Source: Antedon mediterranea (lineage: Eukaryota > Animalia > Echinodermata). Taken from it: 64,000 bases of DNA. This document shows positions 1-12,019 of this stretch, piece by piece. Each line of letters starts with the position of its first letter. The first letter of the stretch is position 1. The stretch spans positions 4,672,101-4,736,100 of the forward strand of contig NC_092677.1 in NCBI RefSeq assembly GCF_964355755.1. Reading direction: 5' to 3'. The notes beneath the pieces are model-generated. The model made no database searches and had not been told where the DNA came from. It saw only the letters and a list, made by a program, of their open reading frames with translations. The translations under genes and the position numbers were made by a program.

Positions 1-3000
1 TACACCCTATAACAAGACAATTGATGTAGCCAACATTCATCTCATCCAGTCAGATGTACACCCTATAAGAAGACAATTGATGTATTCAACATTCAACTCA
101 TCCAGTCAAGATGTACACCCTATAACAAGACAATTGATGTATTCAACATTCAACTCATCCAGTCAAGATGTACACCCTATAACAAGACAATTGATGTAGC
201 CAACATTCATCTCATCCATTCAAGATGTACACCCTATAACAAGACAATTGATGTATTCAACATTCATCTCATCCAGTCAAGATGTACACCCCATAACAAG
301 ACAATTGATGTATTCAACATTCAACTCATCTAGTCAAATGTACACCCTATAACAAGACAATTGATGTATTCAACATTCATCTCATCCAGTCAAGATGTAC
401 ACCCTATAACAAGACAATTTATGTATTCAACATTCAACTCATCCAGTCAAGATGTACACCCCATAACAAGACAATTGATGCATTCAACATTCATCTCAAC
501 CAGTCAAGATGTACACACTATAACAAGACAATTGATGCATTCAACATTCATCTCATCCAATCAAGATGTACACCCTATAACATGACAATTGACGCATTCA
601 ACATTCATCTCATCCAGTCAAGATGTACACCCCATAACAAGACAATTGATGTATTCAACATTCAACTCATCCAGTCAAGATGTACACCCTATAACAAGAC
701 AATTGATGTATTCAACATTCAACTCATCCAGTCAAGATGTACACCCTATAACAAGACAATTGATGCATTCAACATTCATCTCATCCAGTCAAGATGTACA
801 CCCCATAACAAGACAATTGATGTATTCAACATTCAACTCATCCAGTCAGGATGTACACCCCATAACAAGACAATTGATGTATTCAACATTCATCTCGTCC
901 AGTCAAGATGTACACCCTATAACAAGACAATTGATGCATTCAACATTCAACTCAACCAGTCAAGATGTATACCCTATAACAAGACAATTGATGTATTCAA
1001 CATTAATCTCATCCAGTCAAGATGTACAACCTATAACAAGACAATTGATGTATTCAATATTCAACTCATCCAGTCAAGATGTACACCCTATAACAAGACA
1101 ATTGGTGTATTCAATATTCAACTCATCCAGTCAAGATGTACACCCTATAACAAGACAATTGATGTATTCAATATTCAACTCATCCAGTCAAGATGTACAC
1201 CCTATAACAAGACAATTGATGTATTCAACATTCAACTCATCCAGTCAAGATGTACACCCTATAACAAGACAATTGATGTAGCCAACATTCATCTCATCCA
1301 TTCAAGATGTACACCCCATAACAAGACAATTGATGTATTCAACATTCAACTCATCCAGTCAAATGTACACCCTATAACAAGACAATTGATGTATTCAACA
1401 TTCATCTCATCCAGTCAAGATGTACACCCTATAACAAGACAATTGATGTATTCAACATTCAACTCATCCAGTCAAGATGTACACCCCAAAACAAGACAAT
1501 TGATGCATTCAACATTCATCTCAACCAGTCAAGATGTACACACTATAACAAGACAATTGATGCATTCAACATTCATCTCATCCAGTCAAGATGTACACCC
1601 TATAACATGACAATTGACGCATTCAACATTCATCTCATCCAGTCAAGATGTACACCCCATAACAAGACAATTGATGTATTCAACATTCAACTCATCCAGT
1701 CAAGATGTACACCCTATAACAAGACAATTGATGCATTCAACATTCATCTCATCCAGTCAAGATGTACACCCCATAACAAGACAATTGATGTATTCAACAT
1801 TCAACTCATCCAGTCAGGATGTACACCCCATAACAAGACAATTGATGTATTCAACATTCATCTCATCCAGTCAAGATGTACACCCTATAACAAGACAATT
1901 GATGCATTCAACATTCAACTCAACCAGTCAAGATGTACACCCTATAACAAGACAATTGATGCATTCAACATTCATCACATCCAGTCAAGATGTATACCCT
2001 ATAACAAGACAATTGATGTATTCAACATTAATCTCATCCAGTCAAGATGTACGACCTATAACAAGACAATTGATGTATTCAATATTCAACTCATCCAGTC
2101 AAGATGTACACCCTATAACAAGACAATTGATGTATTCAATATTCAACTCATCCATTCAAGATGTACTCCCTATAACAAGACAATTGATGTATTCAACATT
2201 CATCTCATCCAGTCAAGATGTACACCCCATAACAAGACAATTGATGTATTCAACATTCAACTCATCCAGTCAAATGTACACCCTATAACAAGACAATTGA
2301 TGTATTCAACATTCATCTCATCCAGTCAAGATGTACACCCTATAACAAGACAATTGATGTATTCAACTCATCCAGTCAAGATGTACACCCCATAACAAGA
2401 CAATTGATGCATTCAACATTCATCTCAACCAGTCAAGATGTACACCCTATAACAAGACAATTGATGCATTCAACATTCATCTCATCCAGTCAAGATGTAC
2501 ACCCTATAACATGACAATTGATGTATTCAACATTCATCTCATCCAGTCAAGATGTACACCCTATAACAAGACAATTGATGTAGCCAACATTCATCTCATC
2601 CAGTCAAGATGCTCACCCTATAACGAGACAATTGATGTAGCCAACATTCAACTCATCCAGTCAAGATGTACACCCTATAACAAGACAATTGATGTATTCA
2701 ACATTCATCTCATCCAGTCAAGATGTACACCCTATAACAAGACAATTGATGTATTGAACATTCAACTCATCCAGTCAAGATTACAACCTATAACAAGAAA
2801 ATTGATGTATTCAACATTCATCTCATCCAGTGAATTTGTACACCCTATAACAAGACAATTGATGTATTCAATATTCAACTTATCCAGTCAAGATGTACAC
2901 CCTATAACAAGACAATTGATGTATTCAATATTCAACTCATCCAGTCAAGATGTACACCCTATAACAAGACAATTGATGTATTCAATATTCATCTCATCCA

Positions 3001-4731
3001 GTCAAGATGTACACCCTATAACAAGACAATTGATGTATTCAATATTTAACTCATCCAGTCAAGATGTACACCCTATAACAAGACAATTGATGTAGTCAAC
3101 ATTCAACTCATCCAGTCAAGATGTACACCCTATAACAAGACAATTGATGTATTCAACATTCATCTCATCCAGTCAAGGTGTACACCCTATAACAAGACAA
3201 TTGATGTAGCCAACATTCATCTCATTCAGTCAAGATGCTCGCCCTATAACAAGACAATTGATGTATTAAACATTCAACTCATCCAGTCAAGATGTACACC
3301 CTATAACAAGACAATTTATGTAGTCAACATTCATCTCATCCAGTCAAGATGTAAACCCTATAACAAGACAATTGATGTAGTAAACATTCATCTCATCCAG
3401 TCAAGATGTACACCCTATAACAAGACAACTGATGTATTCAACATTCATCTCATCCAGTGAATTTGTACACCCTATAACAAGACAATTGATGTAGTCAACA
3501 TTCAACTCATCCAGTCAAGATGTACCCCCTATAATAAGACAATTGATGTATTCAATATTCAACTCATCCAGTCAAGATGTACACCCTACAACAAGACAAT
3601 TGATGTATTCAACTCATCCAGTCAAGATGTACACCCTATAACAAGACAATTGTTGCATTCAACATTCATCTCATCCAGTCAAGATGTACACCCCATAACA
3701 AGACAATTGATGTATTCAACATTAATCTCATCCAGTCAAGATGTACAACCTATAACAAGACAATTGATGTATTCAATATTCAACTCATCCAGTCAAGATG
3801 TACACCCTATAACAAGACAATTGATGTATTCAACATTCAACTCATCCAGTCAATATGTACACCCTATAACAAGACAATTGATGTAACCAACATTCATCTC
3901 ATCCAGTCAAGATGTACACCCTATAACAAGACAATTGATGTATTCAACATTGAACTCATCCAGACAAGATGTACACCCTATAACAAGACAATTGATGTAT
4001 TCAATATTCAACTCATCCAGTCAAGATGTACACCCTATATCAAGACAATTGATGTAGCCAACATTCAACTCATCCAGTCAAGATGTACACCCTATAACAA
4101 GACAATTGATGTATTCAATATTCATCTCATCCAGTCAAGATGTACACCCTATAACAAGACAATTGATGTATTCAACATTCATCTCATCCAGTCAAGATGT
4201 ACACCCTATAACAAGACAATTGATGTAGCCAACATTCAACTCATCCAGTCAAGATGCTCACCCTATAACAAGACAATTGATGTAGCCAACATTCAACTCA
4301 TCCAGTCAAGATGTACACCCTATAACAAGACAATTGATGTATTGAACATTCAACTCATCCAGTCAAGATATACCCCCTATAACAAGACAATTGATGTATT
4401 CAATATTCAACTCATCCAGTCAAGATGTACACCCTATAACAAGACAATTGATGTATTCAACATTCATCTCATCCAGTCAAGATGTACACCCCATAACAAG
4501 ACAATTGATGTATTCAACATTCAACTCATCCTTTCAAGATGTACACCCTATAACAAGACAATTGATGTATTCAACATTCATCTCATCCAGTCAAGATGCT
4601 CACCCTATAACAAGGCAATTGATGCATTCAACATTCAACTCATCCAGTCAAGATGTACACCCTATAACAAGACAATTTATGTAGTCAACATTCAACTCAT
4701 CCAGTCAAGATGTACACCCTATAACAAGACA
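1..4731. repeat. 57-bp minisatellite, ~83 units, open at the window start
   Basis: Unit TACACCCTATAACAAGACAATTGATGTATTCAACATTCAACTCATCCAGTCAAGATG. Variant units recur in blocks, e.g. ATGACAATTG at 582, 1607 and 2511, indicating higher-order duplication. The ORFs here are artefacts of the 57=3x19 period. Confidence 0.97.
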
Positions 4732-5178
4732 GTAGGCTATTTCTGTACAACCTTTGGCAGTTTTCTTATGGGTGTGGTTTGTTTTGATACTCCTTCTATT
4801 TCGTAAGTATTATGTTAGGTAAGTTTGATGTTCCCATCATTGGTAAAGTCCTATTTTATATACATGAAAGAAATGTATATTTTATTTTTTTTAAATAAAT
4901 ATTCTTCATCAAAATGGAACACAAAACATTTGTTACCAGCTGAATATCTTTAAAACAATTAGTATGACAGAGGTACATGCTTTATGATAATTGATATTAA
5001 ATGTTTTGATCAGCAGGGAGAGAGCACCTGACCCCACAGATGACAAACGTCTTGTTCATAGGCTATCCATATGGTACACATATAATAAAGGTATGTGTTA
5101 ACAGAAGTGAGGGTAAGTACGATAAAGGTAAGAATTATCTACTATTTTTCTTCTCCAGCTTTCTATTTAGATCTATAG
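4706..5178 (+). CDS. Putative last three coding exons of an unidentified upstream gene
   Basis: The last repeat unit is followed by GTAGG. Splicing to ~5017-5089 and then to the strong acceptor TTCTTCTCCAG (5158) gives in-frame ...QDVHPITRQERAPDPTDDKRLVHRLSIWYTYNKAFYLDL*. Other framings are possible and I do not recognise the protein. Confidence 0.3.
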
Positions 5179-5280
5179 GTTGCTTAAATGCAAGAGAGTC
5201 CACATGAGATCAGAGAATGCGACTCAGCATATATGTCCTACATTATCTACCAAACTTGATTTCAGGATTGGAACAGCTAG

Positions 5281-5420
5281 CTGTAAGTTTTGGATACTGT
5301 AAGTTTTGGATACTGTAAGTTTTGGATACTGTAAGTTTTGGATACTGTAAGTTTTGGATACTGTAAGTTTTGGATACTGTAAGTTTTGGATACTGTAAGT
5401 TTTGGATACTGTAAGTTTTT
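5281..5420. repeat. 16-bp tandem repeat (CTGTAAGTTTTGGATA), ~8.5 copies
   Basis: Perfect repeats read directly. Confidence 0.95.
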
Positions 5421-5489
5421 ATATATTAATATCTATTTTTTTGAGGTATTGTTTTTGTATACAATTAATATGCTAATTTTTCTAAAACA

Positions 5490-7818
5490 TGTTAATAATT
5501 TACAGGTTTCTTTCCCATATTAGCATAATATTGATTGTTTTTCTATGTATTTTATTATTAAAATGTTAATAATTTACAGGTTTCTTTCCCATATTAGCAT
5601 AATATTGATTGTTTTTCTATGTATTTTATTATTAAAATGTTAATAATTTACAGGTTTCTTTCCCATATTAGCATAATATTGATTGTTTTTCTATGTATTT
5701 TATTATTAAAATGCTAATAATTTACAGGTTTCTTTCCCTTATTAGCATAATATTGATTGTTTTTCTATGTATTTTATTATTAAAATGCTAATAATTTACA
5801 GGTTTCTTTCCCTTAGTAGCATAATATTAATTTTTTTTTTTATGTATTTTATTATTAAAATGCTTATAATTTACAGGTTTCTTTCCCATATTAGCATAAT
5901 ATTGATTGTTTTTCTATGTATTTTATTATTAAAATGCTAATAATTTACAGGTTTCTTTTCCATATCAGCATAATATTGATTGTTTTTCTATGTATTTTAT
6001 TATTAAAATGCTAATAATTTACAGGTTTCTTTCCCTTATTAGCATAATATTGATTGTTTTTCTATGTATTTTATTATTAAAATGCTAATAATTTACAGGT
6101 TTCTTTCCCTTATTAGCATAATATTGATTGTTTTTCTATGTATTTTATTATTAAAATGCTAATAATTTACAGGTTTCTTTCCCATATTAGCATAATATTG
6201 ATTGTTTTTCTATTTATTTTATTATTAAAATGCTAATAATTTACAGGTTTCTTTCCCATATTAGCATAATATTGATTGTTTTTCTATGTATTTTCTTATT
6301 AAAATGCTAATAATTTACAGGTTTCTTTCCCATATTAGCATAATATTGATTGTTTTTCTATTTATTTTATTATTAAAATGCTAATAATTTACAGGTTTCT
6401 TTCCCATATTATCATAATATTGATTGTTTTTCTATGTATTTTATTATTAAAATGTTAATAATTTACAGGTTTCTTTCCCATATTAGCATAATATTGATTG
6501 TTTTTCTATGTATTTTATTATTAAAATGTTAATAATTTACAGGTTTCTTTCCCATATTAGCATAATATTGATTGTTTTTCTATGTATTTTATTATTAAAA
6601 TGCTAATAATTTACAGGTTTCTTTCCCTTATTAGCATAATATTGATTGTTTTTCTATGTATTTTATTATTAAAATGCTAATAATTTACAGGTTTCTTTCC
6701 CTTAGTAGCATAATATTAATTTTTTTTTTTATGTATTTTATTATTAAAATGCTTATAATTTACAGGTTTCTTTCCCATATTAGCATAATATTGATTGTTT
6801 TTCTATGTATTTTATTATTAAAATGCTAATAATTTACAGGTTTCTTTTCCATATCAGCATAATATTGATTGTTTTTCTATGTATTTTATTATTAAAATGC
6901 TAATAATTTACAGGTTTCTTTCCCTTATTAGCATAATATTGATTGTTTTTCTATGTATTTTATTATTAAAATGCTAATAATTTACAGGTTTCTTTCCCTT
7001 ATTAGCATAATATTGATTGTTTTTCTATGTATTTTATTATTAAAATGCTAATAATTTACAGGTTTCTTTCCCATATTAGCATAATATTGATTGTTTTTCT
7101 ATGTATTTTATTATTAAAATGCGTATAATTTACAGGTTTCTTTCCCATATTAGCATAATATTGATTGTTTTTCTATTTATTTTATTATTAAAATGCTAAT
7201 AATTTACAGGTTTCTTTCCCATATTAGCATAATATTGATTGTTTTTCTATGTATTTTCTTATTAAAATGCTAATAATTTACAGGTTTCTTTCCCATATTA
7301 GCATAATATTGATTGTTTTTCTATTTATTTTATTATTAAAATGCTAATAATTTAAAGGTTTCTTTCCCATATTATCATAATATTGATTGTTTTTCTATGT
7401 ATTTTATTATTAAAATGCTAATAATTTACAGGTTTCTTTCCCATATTAGCATAATATTGATTGTTTTTCTATGTATTTTATTATTAAAATGCTAATAATT
7501 TACAGGTTGATTTCCCTTATTAGCATAATGATTGTTTTTCTATGTATTTTATTAATAAAATGCTAATAATTTACAGGTTTCTTAACCATATTAGCATAAT
7601 GATTGTTTTTCTATGTATTTTATTATAAAAATGCTAATAATTTACAGGTTGATTTCCCATATTAGCATAATATTGATTGTTTTTCTATGTATTTTATTAT
7701 TAAAATGCTAATAATTTACAGGTTGATTTCCCATATTAGCATAATATTGATTGTTTTTCTATGTATTTTATTATTAAGATGCTAATAATTTACAGGTTTC
7801 TTTCCCATATTAGCATAA
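5490..7818. repeat. 74-bp AT-rich minisatellite, ~31 units
   Basis: Unit TAATAATTTACAGGTTTCTTTCCCATATTAGCATAATATTGATTGTTTTTCTATGTATTTTATTATTAAAATGC. A variant unit (CCTTAGTAGC...T-run) recurs at ~5811 and ~6700. Confidence 0.97.
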
Positions 7819-8197
7819 ATATACATTTTTTGTTTTGTTTTCAAAGGAAGGTTTTTTCCCTTACTAGCATGATTGTCTACATTCCTGTTTTTTTGTTTGT
7901 TTATTTGGGTATGTAAACAATAATTATACAGTACTGTTTTGCTATGTATGCCAATGTTTTATTTGTTTTTAATATCAAATAAATATATATTTTTTTCTAA
8001 TATAAATAACATATCATAGCTAAAATAAAGCAAAATATGCATGCCAATTTTATTATTTGAAACTTTTGAATTAAAAATGTTAATGTTCTAATTTTTAATG
8101 CTGAAATTTTCTTTTAATATGCATGGCTGTATGTTTTTTTTCTTTTCTTTAACCAATCAAGGAGCATAATTACAAAGTGCTACTGCCCTCGCTCTGA

Positions 8198-8256
8198 TCA
8201 TCAACCTTGACGTGGTAGCGAGGCTTGTGTGTCTACAATTTGGAGGCCAGACTAAT
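8198..8256 (+). mobile_element. Possible short remnant of an RTE-clade LINE 5' end
   Basis: ATCAACCTTGACGTGGTAGCGAGGCTTGTGTGTCT resembles, from memory, the conserved 5' leader of RTE/Expander elements. It is very short. Confidence 0.3.
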
Positions 8257-8507
8257 GATGATCATAACCATTCCTAATATTTTAATTCCGTTATTATTTA
8301 TATTAAAGCTTGTCAGATGCATGCTAAACTAATTAATCTGAGTTTAGTCACTTTTAGCGTTCCATATGCGTAGTGAGCTGTATTTGGGGTACATAATAAG
8401 TACTCAAAATTTACCTCAAGTTGTTGGTTTACAAAATAAATATCAGCAAAAATACAGATGTCTAAAACAGTGGTATATCATAATACTATAGTGGTACTGG
8501 TGGCAGT

Positions 8508-10643
8508 ATGTCTGAAATAACTACACTCAAAGGACGTGTCAAAGAGGTAAGTAACAAGAATCATACTTAATCAGCCTAGGCTCCTAGCTAGCATACTGTA
8601 GCTATAGCTAGCTTTGGCTTTGGTGTTGGTGGATTGTTGTTGTTTGTAGGGCAGTGCCAGTGCACTGCTGACCACCCACTGTGTACTTTCTTCAGGCCTA
8701 GCATGCAGGCCTAGCCTCTAGGCCCTAGAATGGATTGGCTAATTGCTTAATGCGTTCATTATCTTTCTGTAGCTTGAAAACCTGGTTTCATCTTTAAAAA
8801 AGCGACTAGAAGAACTCAGGAAGGCTAAGAGCACAACTGTACTCAAAAAAGAAAAAGAATATATTTCAACAGCAAATCCAAAACATCAAAAAAGGTATGG
8901 TGAATACTGTGTTATTTTAAAAAACCCATCATGCTAAAATACATTTTGTGACCAGCCTAATGACCACGTGCATTTAATGATAATAACTAGGCCTAAACAT
9001 ATAATTTTGTCTTTCCTTTCCAACAGTAGGTCATCTAAACCTGATGCAACGTTAGAACAGAAATTGGAACAGTTGAAAATTCAGCACGAGAAAGAAATAA
9101 GAAAGTTAATGGAGAGAAAACCAGTCGAGGTAATGTATGACGAGGTTTAAGAATATTTAATTAATATAAGCAGGCAGAGCTCAAATTGTTTGCTTACAAA
9201 TTCAAACCATCATGATACGTCGCCGCCTATTGGTGGATCCACAAGAAGGTGAAGGCTAGGGTTGCTAGCTAAAATAAAACTACTTTTTTATATTTTTACC
9301 AAAAAGTTATTGTATTTATGTGCATGTTTCTTTGGACAAACCTAATTTAATTAATTGTCTACCCACAAAGGACTTTAAATTGAATAGATACAATGTATAA
9401 ACTGGTAATGGATGTTTTTTTTATATTACTCTAGGTGAAGTGCAATCATTTAGAGGAAATATCAAAATTAAAGGCACAAAATGAATCTTTAGAAAGAAAA
9501 ACTGAGGAATTGGAACATAAAAATGAAGATCTCAAAGAAGAAAATAACTCGCTTCTGCACAAGTTCGAAGAGTTGTTTACAGAGTTGAGCATCAAAGAAG
9601 CACATTGGTGTGAGAAAGAAGAGCAACTAAATTTAAAGGTTTGTTGGCTTAAAGATCTGTCTACACTATCAAACTTCATGTGACAAAAAAATGTGATGTG
9701 CCCATATATGGACATATCACTACCATATATGGGAACATCCCACTTTTGTTTAGGATTACCATGTGCAGAGATGTTTCTTCTTGAATGTCAAAGGAGGCAA
9801 GGTCATGTAAAAGACAGCACAGAAGTACAGGAGCACTCTACATTTGTATTCCAACAAGTTTATATGAAAAATAAGTTTTCATTACTTATTCATTGGTTTT
9901 ATATTATATATATATATATAAATTATATATATATTGCAGAATTACATATTGTACTTACAGATTTTATTTTTTTCTATACAGTTAAAATTGCAATGGGGAG
10001 AGAAATACAGAGAGTGGATGGCTGTAACTGAAGCTAAGATATCAGAACTACAAGCTGCCAATGATCTATTGTAAGTAAGTTATTATACAAAGCATGGTAC
10101 CTGTTGTTACTTAGTAAATATGTCTTATTGTGTACACTTCTACCACCATAAAGGGTCTTTCACACCTGTTCCGGCACGGATCCGGTCCGGCGAATCGAAC
10201 ATTAATGTTTCATTTTCATGACGCTCCGTGCAGCTATGAGCCAATCGTGTGCATAGCCACCTGAAAACGAAACATTGACATTCGCTTGGATTTTTCGGCG
10301 CCAGACCGGAACCGTGCCGGAACGGGTGTGAAAGACCCGTAATACAATTATTTGCTTTTGGTACTTTTTGGAATGTAAACATAAATCGAAACACATATAA
10401 TAAAAAACGAATATGAATTTATAGGTATAAACCAATTCTATATATAAAGTTTGATAGAGACCGTGCTTTAGTAAGTATGGCTTATTGTATACTGCTATAC
10501 TACTGTGTGTATGTACCTATATACTGAATATGAATTAAAGTGATAATGAATTCTCTTTTCATAATTTGTACCAAGGTTTTTATACACCTTCTGATTATTT
10601 TTGTTTCAGGCGACGATATGTGAAGCCACCAGAAGACGATTGA
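8508..10643 (+). CDS. Uncharacterised coiled-coil protein, 6 coding exons (~195 aa)
   Basis: Exons 8508-8546, 8773-8894, 9030-9129, 9435-9638, 9982-10070 and 10610-10643, all GT-AG with consistent phases: MSEITTLKGRVKELENLVSSLKKRLEELRKAK...ELFTELSIKEAHWCEKEEQLNLKLKLQWGEKYREWMAVTEAKISELQAANDLLRRYVKPPEDD*. Confidence 0.8.
9650..9752. mobile_element. Partial copy of the MITE family with TIR AGCTCTGTCTACACTATCAAACT
   Basis: Same end and ATCACTACCATAT subrepeats as the copies at 19048, 43571 and 54191. Confidence 0.65.
10153..10338. mobile_element. MITE, PIF/Harbinger-like
   Basis: TIRs GGGTCTTTCACACCTGTTCCGGCACGG ... CCGTGCCGGAACGGGTGTGAAAGACCC with TAA nearby on both sides. A related fragment lies at ~29520-29545. 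Confidence 0.8.
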
Positions 10644-11477
10644 TAATCATTGGTTCTTCAAATACAAATAGATTCCGTCCATTATTCAAGATATAATTAA
10701 TTTAAATATAATTTATTATAAATGTAAATCATTCATAATTGTGGCCACTCAATTTAATTTTTTTTCTTGTCATAAGCATTTAGTTGGAGCCAAATTAAAG
10801 TAAAAATTGCTTGTATTGTTCAGCATATATCCTCTGTTAATGAAATATCATACAATATTGGTTTATTACAATATTATTGTCTCGCATTTTACTGCAACTA
10901 ATTTGTTATTCAATCTATATGAAGTGAACCATTTATTCCTGCCTTGTTGTGTGCGCAGGCAGCAATGCTTTTGGATGCTTTTGGTTGTCAATTAAATGAT
11001 TTTTTGTGTAACAAGACATTAACTTGTACCTCCCACAAGGAATCATTGGGGTTCAAGTTAATTTATTATGTGGTGTAACTATTTCTTTCATCCATAAATT
11101 ATCTGTTCCATGTCAAACCTCTCAAAAAATTATTTAGATAGAAATGGATTATTCTTATATGTAAACATTTATTTTTGAGTAAAAGTATGATTTTTGTTAA
11201 ATAAAACTATAAAAAAAATATAGTTTAGATTCTCCTTGTTGTTAGATGTAAATGTTTATTTTTATACTATCTAGGATGTTATGTGTACAATTTTGATATA
11301 AGAAAATATAATAATAATCTTATAATCAAATCAAAGCAATAGTTCATGAAAGCTCCATAATTCTTGTTTTTGAGTACATGTATGATTTTTGTTGAATAAA
11401 AACTTTAAAAAAAATACAGTTCAGATTCTTTGTTTTGTCAAAAAAGTACTAATATAATATGAAATATATAATACATT

Positions 11478-11755
11478 TATAGTTTAGTTTAGTTTAGTTA
11501 TAATGGGAAAGTTTAGGCGAGGTGCCTTTTTAACCCCATATCAACTACATTGTGTCGATGCGATTCTTGAAGGTGTTAGTGGTCTCAGAATTAACAACGT
11601 CGGCTGGTAAACTGTTCAATGGTTTATTACTTGTTGCGAGAAGGTATGTCTTCTACAGTTCAATCCTTTATGGAAAATAGGCTTGAAAAATCTCAGGTGA
11701 TGTCCTCAAGTTATTTTCTGCTAATGTTACTTCTCATTTGGAAAAAGTCATCAAA
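11478..11755 (-). mobile_element. Degenerate 3' end of a CR1/L2-type LINE
   Basis: The minus strand reads RRHTFSQQVINH*/NSLPADVVNSETTNTFKNRID, matching the CR1 ORF2 C-terminal signature, followed by a (CTAAA)n tail. Confidence 0.7.
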
Positions 11756-12019
11756 CTGTTTTTTAAATCAAAGCAATAGTTCATAACAGTTTTAGAATTC
11801 TTGTTTTAAGTACAAACAAAAAATACAGTTCAGATTCTTTTTTTTTGTCAAAAAAGCAATAATATAATAAGAAAATATAATAAATTTAAATCAAAGCAAA
11901 GTTTTAGAATTCTTGTTATTGTTCTGACGTTGGGGGTGCATGTCTTTCGGATAAAACGTCTGGAATTGTAGAGCCTACAATGTTGATACTTTTTAAGTCG
12001 GGCGAAAAAAAAAGTTACT

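Noticed and set aside
361-4806. Long repetitive ORFs (up to 342 aa) in the 57-bp array
   Set aside because: They are open in two frames only because the unit is 3x19 bp, and they are broken by scattered stops and 1-bp deletions. Not a credible single-exon gene.
1-7818. CRISPR-like array
   Set aside because: Units are contiguous with no unique spacers, there are no cas genes, and the context is eukaryotic.
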